NCBI GenBank assembly: GCA_008632985.1
Contig: QPGO01000158.1
Coordinates: 1-64,000 of the forward strand
From: Psammoneis japonica
Lineage: Eukaryota
DNA: 64,000 nucleotides
Reading direction: 5' to 3'
Shown: piece by piece, positions 39,525 to 51,074 of the stretch
Layout of the letters: each line of letters begins with the position of its first letter
Numbering within the stretch: the stretch's first letter is position 1
Notes under the pieces: model-generated
What the model was told of the DNA's origin: nothing
Databases searched by the model: none
What the model saw: the letters and a program-made list of their open reading frames with translations, nothing else
Position numbers and translations under genes: made by a program

Positions 39525-42500
39525 ATGACGGTTTTAGTTGTCACTGTTCTTTCTTATATTCTATTGTTGCACTGCTGCAAATGAAACATTGGGGATTCTG
39601 CGCTTCCTTTCATTCTCACTTTCTCTAGTTACAGATGCCGATTCTGTTGTTATGTCATCCTTGTTCTCCGAGCTCTTGGGGGTTCAGCCCGAAACTCCTT
39701 GTCCACCCTTGAGCTCCAGAAAGATGATGCCGCATGCTCCGTTTGCTGCAACGCAAATCCACCTTATGCTCTCCACGAACCGGGTGTTGTCGCGCACGGC
39801 TCGAGTGTCAAAGCCGATCGAGGAACTGCATCTACATTTTTGGTGATGGGATTGACCCTGTTCCCAAAGATGACCAAGATGTGCGTCAAGTTCCAATTCG
39901 CATTGAAACATTTGGAATGCCAGAAAGCACGATCCATCACAAACATCCGCGGCGCACCCACATCTTTTTTTGCGTGCCACTGGCATGGACAGTTGATGAA
40001 TGCTGTCAGCAAGACGACATCGTGCAATCCAAAATTAAACAAGAACAAGGATGTGTGCATTGTTCTTTGGCCCTCTTTTTTTTAATGTTCCTTGAAGTGC
40101 CTGTTTTTGCCCCAAATCAGATTGAACCCACATGGTGTCATTGCCACAGCCATGAGACAGGCCTCCACAAGATTGACAATTTCTGCAAAGCCAATGAGCA
40201 TGACACCAACAAGCAGCAGCCACAGCAAGCTCTTGCTGTGCATCATGCCCCACACTTGGACTAAGATGCCCAGTGCCATGACAGTCCATTCCCCACATTA
40301 AAAACATGTGTGCCTCTCAAAAAGAAAAAACAGCAATGAGGCCTAGCAGCAGCTGCTCAAAGTCTCTTCTTCCAGCCCATCAAGAATGGTCATGTTCAAG
40401 CACATGGTGTGCCCTTGCCGGCCACCATCAAAGCAGTGCCAAACACTCCAAAGCTGCACCAAAAAAAGTGTTGGAGACAACTGTCCCAACACAGCAAAGT
40501 GCAGCGGCAGTCATGAATGTTGTGCCACATGCTGCAAGGCAGGGTGTGGCTCAAGCAAAGGAGCATTGTCACCGGGTCCATTCTTTGGGCTTCAACAGGT
40601 TTGGCTGCACCCAAGAGCAAAACATCCAAGTCAGCAGAAAGAGGATGAGAACAAAGTGCAGGTCAGCACCACTCCAACATGCTCTGTTCACTCAGCGGAA
40701 GTTGCCAAGTGAACAAACAGTGTTGCAATTTGGGGGGACACTCAACACCCACACACAGCAGGTGTGGGGGGGGGGGGGGGGCATGACTGGAGCACACAAA
40801 CACACTCAAGGTGTTTTTTTTTGTCACTTGTTTGTGCACATGTGCACGTGCGTGCAAAAGGGGCGTCGTCACTGTCAAAGTTGGCAACAGAGAAATTGGT
40901 CACGTGAAATCTGGGCCAAGCCAAGAGTTTGCACACATGGTGGCTCAATGGGGATTCCGTTGGCAACTTGACAAGAGCTCAAATGGGGCTAAAATCCGTT
41001 GTGCCATGACTCCTCTTCCTGCACAAAGGGAAAAACTTTGTGCTGTCAGCCACAACCCACAAACCAACTCAAACAGCCCCTTTTGTTCACATGCATGTGT
41101 GCCTTGCACCCAGTTTGTTCTTCTGGCTGTGTGTGGCGGCATCTGCCTTGGAATGGTTTGTTTGTTTGTTTGCGTGTGTGCACATGCAAGAGTGCACATG
41201 TGCAAATGTGCAAGTGTGTGTTGCCAACAAAGTTTGGCACAGAGAAGCAGGAGTTGGTCACATGAAGCAAGTCCTGGTTGTTGGGTTGGGAGTTTGCACA
41301 GCCATGATGGTGCATGGGAACTTCCAGCCCATGGTGGCTTGGCTCACTTTAGAGTTCAAATGGGGCCAAGACCTTGTGCAAGAACAACTCTTCTTGAGGA
41401 AAGGGCAGAGCTTTGCACTGTCAGCATTGACTCTGCACAGTGTGCTGTGCTCAGTTGTGCTGCTGGTGAAACAACATGGAACAGCCACCCCTTGTGTTTG
41501 CACATGTGCACACCTTGTGCCCAGTGTGTTCCATGAATGGTGGTCAGTGCCCCAAAGAGCTTGTCTTCCATGGCGATCATTTGCATCTTTTGTGGCAGTG
41601 TGCTGCCTGCTTCCAACTCCAACCAATGCCCCTCTTTGGTGCTTCACAGTGACAATGAGTCCACAAAAAGTCAACCTCAGCTTGATGTGAATGTTCAAAT
41701 GATGGCAATGCATGGAGTCCATGGATGACTGCAGAAGTTTTGGCAAGACACTTTTGTTGGCAAGTGTGAGTCATCTGCTGACAACACTGCAAGCTGAGCC
41801 AATGGTGGTGGCTCATCTGCTGTGAAACAGTGTGCCAATCCTTGTCATGAGGAGTGCCCAATCTTGACACAACAGAGAGCCAAAGGCAGGTGGTGATGCA
41901 GAGACAGTGATGAAGACAGAGACAAAGATGCCAATGAGTCAGATGGGTTTTTTTGGGTTCCCCAACTGCAAAATGTTTCTCATTTGCAGCATGACCCTTT
42001 TCTGCAGCAGAAGGTTGTGCGCAATGTTCCTGCAACATCAAGAAAGTGTGATCCTGTGTTGTTTGCAATTTTACATTGAGGGTTGCAGTTGATGACAATC
42101 TTTGTCCAAGTGCAACATTTTTGTTCAAAGCACACATTTGCAATGCCCAACCAAAACTCATTTGTGCCACATTGTTGCACGGATGTGTTTGTTGTCAACA
42201 TTTGCAACATGTCTCCCCAAACTGCAACGGGATGAAAAGTCGCTCTCAGCACACCAACCATCCCATGTCCAAACTTGTTTCTCTTGTTCCTCTTTGTTGG
42301 CTCAGTTGTCTTCCGTGCAATTGTGCAGAAAGCAAAAGGTGATTTTGACCGGGATGGCAGGGGCACTTGCTGTTGTTGCACAGAATGGCAGTGAGCACAA
42401 ACAAAAGGAACAAACAGTGTCATGCTGCAAGTGCAGCTCAGCTCAAACAATGGGCCAACAAAGTCATGGCTTTTTTCATTTTCAACAGCACCAAAGCCAT

Positions 42501-42740
42501 GCCCAGCACTGGTGTGCATGGGCCACTGTTTCTGCCTGAGAGAAACACCAAAGGAAACATGCAACTCTGGCATTCTCAGTGCATCAGGAATCACTGGTTG
42601 GGCAGCAGAGCTGGTGGATGCCAGGATGATTCACATCAAAAGAATCACCCTGGAAATGGCCCAGCATGACACCCATTTTTTTCCACAATTGTCATTCTTT
42701 GTTGGTTGTGTGTCGGGTGCGTTTCATGACAGAAACATTG

Positions 42741-43348
42741 GGCAGCAGGTTGATGGAGAGCTCACAACAAAAATTGGCCTGCATGACTCATGCCATCTCA
42801 GTCACAGATGGTGAGAACAGCCAAATAAAAAACAGCAAAAGAAAAGCTGTGGGCACATGAACAAATGATGGAGGATGCACTGTCAGCACAAGATTGTTTT
42901 TTTTACGTTGATGACTTGCTGTGGTGTGATCCAAGGCACACATCTCCTTGGTTCAATTTCATTTCAAGTCACTGTCATGGGGAGATGTCATTGCTGTCAA
43001 TGCTCCAGTCTTGGCAAATGGGAATCAGTTTGACTGGATGCTGGGATTGGATCTCATTTGTTGGCAACAAGCAACAAGTCATCTCCAACCTCCATTCATC
43101 AGTGCACCAGCTCTCTTCCTTGCTTGAAAAAGGGTTCTTGTTCCAAAAGATGCAAATCCATCTCATCTCATCTCAGAGCTTTGCACATGATGAGGACACA
43201 GAACAAGAAATTGAAAGAATGTGCAAAAAGCCAAAACTGCAATGCATTGTCTGCACAGACACACTTTCCAAAACAGCAATCACAGGAGCTGAGCCCAAGG
43301 AATTCTTTCCCAGTGCCTTTCAACCATCATCACAGAGCAGGTGACAAC
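42741..43348 (+). pseudogene. Degenerate copy of the 32973-33863 methyltransferase gene and its upstream region (42741-42893 ~ 32451-32600; 42951-43348 ~ 33465-33833)
   Basis: SQSFAHDEDTEQEIERMCKKPKLQCIVCTDTLSKTA matches SQSFVYDEDTEQEIERMCEKLNLQRIVRVDTLSETA, and the DNA aligns directly. Confidence 0.95.
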
Positions 43349-43699
43349 ACATCAAGATCAGGAGGGATCAGGAACATCACAGCTCAAGCACAGCTGCTGA
43401 AAATGTCAACACAAAAAGAATTCTCATGAGCAGCTGGGTTCAACAATGCAATGGGCCACAAGTGCTGCACATTCATTCGGCAGGGCAGCACATGTGGAGA
43501 GCATGCCCACACCCACAACATTTAGATTTCAGGTCTTGGACTGAGCTCACATTGGGCCATCCCCAGCATGGCAAACCAAGCAACTCAACAAATGCAAAAA
43601 CATGCTGAAACAAATTTTGCTGCACCCATGTGTTGTGCTGGAGTCACCTCAGCTCAAGTGGCAGTGCAAAAAAGCTTGGCTGTGAATCACTTCTTCTTT

Positions 43700-44400
43700 C
43701 AACACACAAAATGCAGTCTGCAGAAGATCTGAAGCAATGGGTGCACCCATGTGCCTCACTGGATGGCCCTGAGTTCTCCTGTGTGTTGTGAGCCCTGACA
43801 AACCATCACCCTTCCAAATTCTTCTGTGACCACAGTGACCTTGAGACCACTTTGTTGGGTGTGCACATTTTTGGTGTGTGCACTCCACTCCTGTGGTGCT
43901 CACCTCTGGATTTCTCTTGTGCTTGCAGGCTTCTTCTGAGTGCCACAGCCATTCTGTGTGCACTGGTTGGACTCAGCCACAAATTTTGTCCCATGGTCAA
44001 AAATGTGACCTGGGATTGTCGCAGGTGTCTGCATGACCAGGCTTGTTCTGCAGTGCCTCCTGCCACTGTGTCTGTGCATTTTGCAGTTGAAACTCTCTGC
44101 AGCCGGTGTGTTTGGCATGTTCTTGGCCATTTGACAATCATGGGGGTTGGCTCTGCACCAAGGCACTTGGTCCATTGCCACAAACCTGTGTTTGGCTCTC
44201 CAGTGCTCCTCACCACCAAGCTGGGAAACACACCATTTTCATTGGTGTGGTCATTGCAGTGGTCATGGCTGGGTCCAAAGCTGGGCTGCTGTGTTGTGAT
44301 GGCCTTTGAAATGGCATGGGCAGCAATGCACAGCTCTCCCATGTCATCCCATGGGGGCTTGATCTTCTCCTGTGCACACACCACCCTGCATGAGTGACAA
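43700..44400 (-). mobile_element. Degenerate LTR-retrotransposon (Ty3/gypsy-like) integrase remnant
   Basis: Across frames, AEQAWSCRH.RQSQV / IFDHGTKFVAE / KRNPEVSTTGVECTHQ resemble the integrase core W..RYP.P....DRG.EF...NPQAN..VER.H. Confidence 0.5.
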
Positions 44401-47400
44401 GTGTGCAAAGAGCAGCTGCCCTCCTGCTGTCTGTGCATCAGGGATGCACAGTTTTTTGTTGCTGGCTGTGATGCCCTCATGAATGAACTGATGATTTTTT
44501 TATGAAAAATGTGCTTTGAGACAAGTTGCAGTTGTCAGTGATGATGGTTGCATGTCTTGCAGTCATGTGGATTGGTGCAGAGGAGGTCTCTCAACATCAT
44601 GAGGCAATGCTTGTGGCAGCTCAAATTCTGTGGCAGTGCTGTTGGTGACTGTTGTTGAGAAGTGGTGGAGAACTTAGATTGCCTGGCCATGCACCTCACA
44701 TTTCTGTTCAACATGGCAGCAGTCATGGAGGTGATGAAATGAATGCAGTGGTGTGATGTGCACCCTTGGGATCATGGCAAAGAAAGAACAAAGAACAAAG
44801 ATCAGAAGAATTTCCAGAATTGGATGTGATTGATGTGGATCAGGCACAAAGAAGTGCTTTGAGCTCTGCTGGAGAGAACTCTGGACAGCTCCTCAGCATG
44901 AGCTGGCCTTCTGCACATTTGCTCACCACCCCACAATCTTTGTGCTCCTTGCATGAGAACAAATGACTTCAACCACCACATTGTGCAAATCATTTGTGGC
45001 AGCATTCAGTCACGCTGATGATCGAGCAGCAACTGTGCTTGCAGAATCTTTTTGAACCCTGTTGGAGGCATGTGGTGTGGTGAGCCACTCATTTTTTTTG
45101 TGCTGTTTTTCACAAGTTTTTGTGGTCATTGTCCCATCCATCAGAGTGAAGCAACAATTGCAAAGGTCTCTCAGACCAAAATGCACACTGGAGCACACAC
45201 CTTCATTGACTGGCTGACTCAACAAAAAATGGTGGTGTGGATGGAGCCACCCCCAGATGTCAGTGTTGGGTGGCCAAACTCAGATGCACTCTCCAGCCCC
45301 CCAGATGGTGACCCACATGTCATTTGGCGTGCAGGGTTCCACACGCAAGCTCTGCAGCATGAGAATTTAGTCCATGGACATGTTTGTCTTCAACAGCAAA
45401 CAAATGACCAAGTTTGTGGTGCAACTGTGCCTCTTGACACTTGCCAGGTGTTTTGAAGCTTTGCCTGCTGCTCTGCACCATTTTCAAGACATTTAAGAAT
45501 GCAGCACTGCAAAAATGTAGAAAGTTGTTGAGTGGATGGCCCAATGACTGCACCACAAGATGGCACAAATTGCACCAAAGTTGCACGAAAAATGTGCATG
45601 CATGACACATGGCCTGCAGATGAAAACATGACTTCAACATCACAGTCCAGCACTGCAAGCTGCAAGGTCCTGCCCAGAGCTGGAGTGCATCCTCAATGGC
45701 ATGAGCAACACAAAAGAACCTGGTGTCAACCAAGAGTCCCACATCACACAGTTCTTTTTGTGGAAAGAAGATCACAACATTTCTGGAACAGCTCAAAGTG
45801 AGTGCACTTTGCAGTGCCACTTTTGTCACAATTGCTTCAGAAACAACAGTCAAGAAGGAAAACCATTTGCTTCCCTCCCAGATGAGCAAGTGATTCAAGA
45901 TGACAGGGGTGCTTGTGCCAGAGCAAGAAGCTGAGTGAGTCACAAATGCCAGAGCAAAGCAGAGCATGCTGCAGCATCTTCTGGAGAGTCCATGCCCCCA
46001 CCATGCAATTGGGTTTTCCAGCACACCAAACACCCCTGGCACTGACAAAACTTCAACTGGTCCAGCCCAACTGGTGCTCTCCATTTGGGTTCTCCAATCT
46101 GAAGAAGGCTTTGAGAGTTGCACCTGCATCTTGCGTCAGCTCTGGATCCTCTGACAACAGCAACTTAACACAAATGCACCTTCTTCACTCTCTGCTTTTC
46201 TCAGCTGACTCTTGTTCCTGAGAGTCTTCATTCTTTCTTCACTTCTGATGTTCTGTTCTTTGTCTTTGACTTGTGTTCACCTTCACCTTCATCAACATCT
46301 GCATCTCTCTCCTCTCTTCAATTCTTCAACTCTTGATTGAGTGCAATGAACAGATGCAGATGAGGCATGCAGTGCCATGCATTCCAGAGAATGCTGGAGT
46401 TCAGCTGGGCCTCAACACAAAGACGTCACGTGTCGTCAGCTGTTTTTTGCATTTTCTGTTGTTGCCACAAAGCGTGCCCAGGAATCAGCGATGTTTTTGA
46501 AAGTGGCAAGTTTCCACGAATGTTCTACATGCAAGACAATGGTGTCAATTCTGCAGAGGAGGTGCACAAAATTCACAGTGATTGAGAAATTTAGCAACAG
46601 TCATGACTCAAACAAAATCTCTCCAAAAGCTTTTTCTTTTGTGCTTGATTTTTGATTGCAACTCATTGTCTTGCATGATGTGTTTGTTGCAGCACTTGTG
46701 GAATCTTGCTGTGCATGGTGATTCTGTTTCAACTGCAGCACTGTGTTGCAACTGCACGACTCGTCTGTGACAAAAATGTTGTGTCAAATTTGCACAAAGG
46801 TGCCTTGCACTTCCGTGTTGCAAGTGATCGCTTTCTCTGGACACACCTTCTGTCCACAGAGAGCAGCAGGGATTCACACCATCATCCATTGCACTGGTTG
46901 GTGGTGCCTTGTTTTGCTGTCGTTTCTTTTTGATTTGTTTGTGCGCATCTTGTTTTGTGTCAGCGGAGCTTGTCAGCAGTTCTGCTGCTGTGTTGCTGGT
47001 TGTGGCTCAGTCGGGGGCCCAATGCAAGTGCTCCCATTGAGGCAAATTCACACTGACCAGCTTGGTTTTTTTCTGCCAAACTCAGTTGTGTTTTTTGTTT
47101 GTTTGTGTCAAGAGCATTCCAGTCATCATGGTGTGTCCTTGCCAGCATGAAGTGCAGTCAACAACTCATGATGCACAGTGTCATTGGTTGCTCTGTCATC
47201 AATTGCATCAATCCTGCCTTCTGTGCTTTCTCAACTTTTCCCATTTGCTTTCCCCAAAGCTGGAGGATTGTCCCACTCAAATGTCACCACGTTTCTGGCT
47301 GAATTGGAGCCATGAAAGCAATCACCTTGAACAACCCCAAAGTTTGGAGGCATGAGAGCAGAGCTCTTGCCGAATGACACTTGTGAATGCCACTCCACCA

Positions 47401-49805
47401 ACAACTCCAGACCTCTGCACTTTTCTGCTGCACAAACAGCAAACCATTTTCTGGGATGGAATCCTGATGACTGAAGCCGTGCAGTCAAAGCTGCAAGGTC
47501 ATTCAATGCCAGGTCACATGTGGTGCTTGCAGAAGCCATCCAAAGTCAAAGTGATCTCATGAAGCCTCCACCGAAGGTTGTTCAAAGCCAAACAACTGTC
47601 ACCCCTTGGTGCAAAAGTGCAATGGCCTGCCCACAACAACCCAAAACAAACCCTTTCTTGCCTTTTCTTCAGAGCCATTCAATGCTTGTAGCCAGCCAAC
47701 AGCATTTCCTCCCTTGGTTTTCCCTTGCTGGAGTGCCATTCCTGACATCTGCACACTTAAAGCCCATGTCCCAACCTGTCAAGTCAGTGATGCAAGGAAT
47801 CATCACTTCCACCTGCTTGATTGTTGCCTCTGAGGACACCCACCAGCATGATTTGCTCTTTGGGATGGAGCCAGACTCTCTTTTATGCTTGAGCAATGTC
47901 TTGTGACTGCTCCAATCTGAGATTGCATTGAAGTGAAGCTTGTCACATTTCTTTGCAAGAAATGGATGATGCAGTGGTGAGGAGCAGTCCAAAGAATCAA
48001 GACCAAGCATTCTTGCATCGTGCACATGTTTTGTGCCGGTTTTGTCATCTGAACAATTTCAGCCTTGACCTGAAGATCAAAACATGAAAGACAAGTTCCA
48101 AGTCCTCACACTGGATTTGATTTGCAAACAAACAGAACATTCTTGGGAGCCTTGACATCTGTGCAGTGAAATGAAACCAAGTGCAGCTGAGAGAACGAGA
48201 AGCAAAAACACACAAGTTGAGCACTTGCAAAAGTGCAAACTCGCCGGCAGATGACAAGTCCCCCAGCATTTCCAAAACAATGGCATGCAATTTGTCTTCT
48301 CATTTGTGAATCTCTTCTCCTTGTTGTCTGGCCTTTTCATGAATTTTGTCTTCATCCACTTGATTTGCTTTTGAGTGCAGTGCTTTGCAGGAGATGGCAT
48401 CCTGCATCATCTTCCATGACATTCAAGCAAATCTTCAACTCCATGAGGATCATCAAATGCATCATGAATCACCAAGGCATGAACAATGCACACATCCACA
48501 AATGGTTGTCCATTGGCATTGCAACACATGCCACTTGAATCCATTCTGGCACACCATCTTCATGCTCTGCCACGGTTCCCAATGACAAGAGTTGCTGTTG
48601 CGCTGTTGTTTGGTGCTGTTGGAAGATGCCACCATGAGTCCATCCAGTGCTTGCAAAGGACCCTGTTCCAACAAACTCAACTGCAAATGAGATCCAATGG
48701 CAGCCGGCATCCCGCACCCCATTCATTTCAGTCGCTGCAATCAGCCCTTGCTGCAGCAATTTGTCCTTGCTCAAGACGCGTCCACTTGTTTTCAAAATCA
48801 TTTTTTAGACCATGTTCAACACTCGTGTTGTTTGTTGCAGTGTTGAACAGTCCACAAATGCAGCCACTTCCATTTCCATTGCCCGCAGGGTCTCCGTGTC
48901 TCTGCATCGACAACAGTGCTGCAGGCACACAGAATCAACACTTGCAGAGAATTTGCACTGGGCAGAAGAATCAAGGAGGAGTGCACCTGTCAGTTCAACT
49001 GGCCTGCCCCTCACTTTCCTCATCTCACCAGGTGGTTCACAAGATCTTTGGAGAGGCAGTGTCCAATCGGAGGACACAGACTGCAAGAAGTGATGGCTGT
49101 GAACGCCGTTGCTGTGGCCAAGATCGCACTGGACCAGCAAGCGGGTTGAGACTGCATCAACTGTTGCCATGTTGAAACCGCCCCACAACTGACTCTGTGG
49201 AATTGTGAGAAAGTGTGTTTGTTTGACGCTCTGGACCCATCCATGGTTGTGGATTGCTGGGACAAGCAGGCATGAATGAGCTCACCACAGGTGGCGGCTC
49301 AAACAATGAGTCGTGCAATTTGCGCAGGCGATGGTGGGCAGGCATCTTGCGGTCGGCGGTCTGTGCTCTAGTTAGAGCAGCTAGCTCTACCCTCTACTCT
49401 AGAGAGTAGAGAAGTAGTCTGCTCTACTGCTGCTAGCTAGTGCCGGCAGCAGCTGCTCTAGCAGTGGCTAGTAGAGACAGTCGTCAGAGAGTGTTGTTGT
49501 GAGCACACGGGTGTCGAAGCGCGCGGGAACCAATTTTCCATTATCCGGGTTCCACAAAATATCCAACCATGACAAAAGGCAAAGCGGCAAAAGCAAAGCC
49601 ACAAACAAACAGCCAAATCCATACAACAAGCCAAAGAGAGAGTAAAAATGGCGATACGGTAGACTCTGGGGAGAGTAGCTGTTACAAGCTGAAAAGTTGA
49701 ATTATGGTATTGTAAGTCAAACAAACTACGAGAGTTGATAAGATTTTTCGGCCCCCATTGGCTCCTGGAATACAGTATATGCAGGCGAAGAACAAGAAAT
49801 ATGTT

Positions 49806-50510
49806 TCAATCAAAGATGATCTCAAGAGTCGGAGTTTGGAAGATGTCAGAATCGAAAGAAACCATCAAGAAAGTGTCAGCCACGTCGGTTTTGGGGTTCA
49901 CCAGAGCCCATCCATGATTCGACTCGGGATCCGTGATGAATTGGGCAACGTCGTTAGTCACATCAAGCTCAAGGGAAGCTGGCTGCCCGTTATCTCCGTG
50001 TTCTGGGAGTTCAGCAAGGTCAGACGCTTCCAGCTCAGGAATATTGGCCCCTGTAGCGGTCGTGTCCCAAGGCGAAATCACGCGCTTCAGAGATACAGGG
50101 TCGCCGCCGGTGCCGGAAAGTGCAACGATCCGGAGGGTAGCAGACTTCACCGTCGCGTCAGTTGGGATACCTTGTGGCAAATCAAACTTAATCAAAGACA
50201 AGGCAAAGCCATTCTCTTCTACAGAAGTACCCGCCAGAGCACGGAGAAGGCCGAAATCAGGGGCGTCGGCGCCAGTAGTACCTTGAGCGCCTTCTCTTCC
50301 AGGACTGATCACAGAAATATCTATACCTGCAGTGAGGGTCAAGGGCGCCGTCGGGCAAAACCATGAGTCCTTCTTGCCAACCGCACAATGCTTTCCAGTC
50401 TTTGTCTTGCTCTTCTGTTTCGTGCCGTCCTTCGCTGGAGCTCCCTTTATCAAGCGAGCGTCACCCACGGAAATCAACGCAAGTATTGCTGGAAGAAAAA
50501 GGTACTTCAT
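49806..50510 (-). CDS. Secreted protein with a DNRLRE/CBM96-like beta-domain
   Basis: Signal peptide MKYLFLPAILALISVGDA, then LIKFDLP..IP..ATV.SATLRI, LDVT..V, NHGW and P.LEI. Confidence 0.65.
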   Translation of the reverse strand: MKYLFLPAILALISVGDARLIKGAPAKDGTKQKSKTKTGKHCAVGKKDSWFCPTAPLTLTAGIDISVISPGREGAQGTTGADAPDFGLLRALAGTSVEENGFALSLIKFDLPQGIPTDATVKSATLRIVALSGTGGDPVSLKRVISPWDTTATGANIPELEASDLAELPEHGDNGQPASLELDVTNDVAQFITDPESNHGWALVNPKTDVADTFLMVSFDSDIFQTPTLEIIFD

Positions 50511-51074
50511 TGCTACTTTTTTGTGTCTGCAGAGCCCGAAGTAAAAGACTTTCTGCAGTTGTTCTTGCGTGCGCCTTTCTGCGTTTTGATCATTCTTGGC
50601 GCCTTCGCGCTTGGGTCTTTCTTGGCGCCTTTCCTCAATCGTGACACCTTTCGCGATTGTTTCTTTCGTTCGCCTTTTCGCGCGGCTGTTCTTTCGTGGC
50701 GCCTTTCTGAAGCGGGTTGTTTCGTTCTGCCTTTTTCACAGTTGTTTTTGCGTGACGCCTCTGCGTCTTTACTCATTCTTGGCGCCTTGGCGCGTTTGTT
50801 CATCCGTGGCGCCTTGTCTCGTTTGTCCTTTCGTGACGTCGTTGCGCGTTTGCTCGTTCTTGGCGCCATCCGACATTTTCTCTTTCGTGGCGGCTTTCTG
50901 AGTTTATTAATTCATGATGCCTTTCCGACATTTTTGTTTTCGTAACGCCTTTCCCTTTTGCTCTGTCGTGGCGCCTTTCCAGTAATTAAGCTTTCGTCCG
51001 TGATCGAAAATCACGCTCGTTTCAAGGCTCACTTTCAAGCAACTCGACACACTTTTAACGGAGCTCATTTCACC

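Larger units (their letters stand above)
39650..49366. other. Hypermutated domain depleted of CpG and TpA and enriched in TpG/CpA
   Basis: By eye there are only about two dozen TA dinucleotides in ~9.3 kb, and CG is rare in the core. Spurious ORFs here are Cys/His/Gln-rich and nearly lack Tyr. Confidence 0.95.

Noticed and set aside
39700..49350. Dozens of Cys/His/Gln-rich ORFs
   Set aside because: They arise because TAA/TAG stops were lost and TG/CA gained. They are not credible proteins.
39650..49366. Classical RIP or plain CpG methylation decay as the full explanation
   Set aside because: RIP increases TpA and hits both duplicates, and 5mC decay does not remove TpA. Here TpA is lost and the donor copy is untouched.
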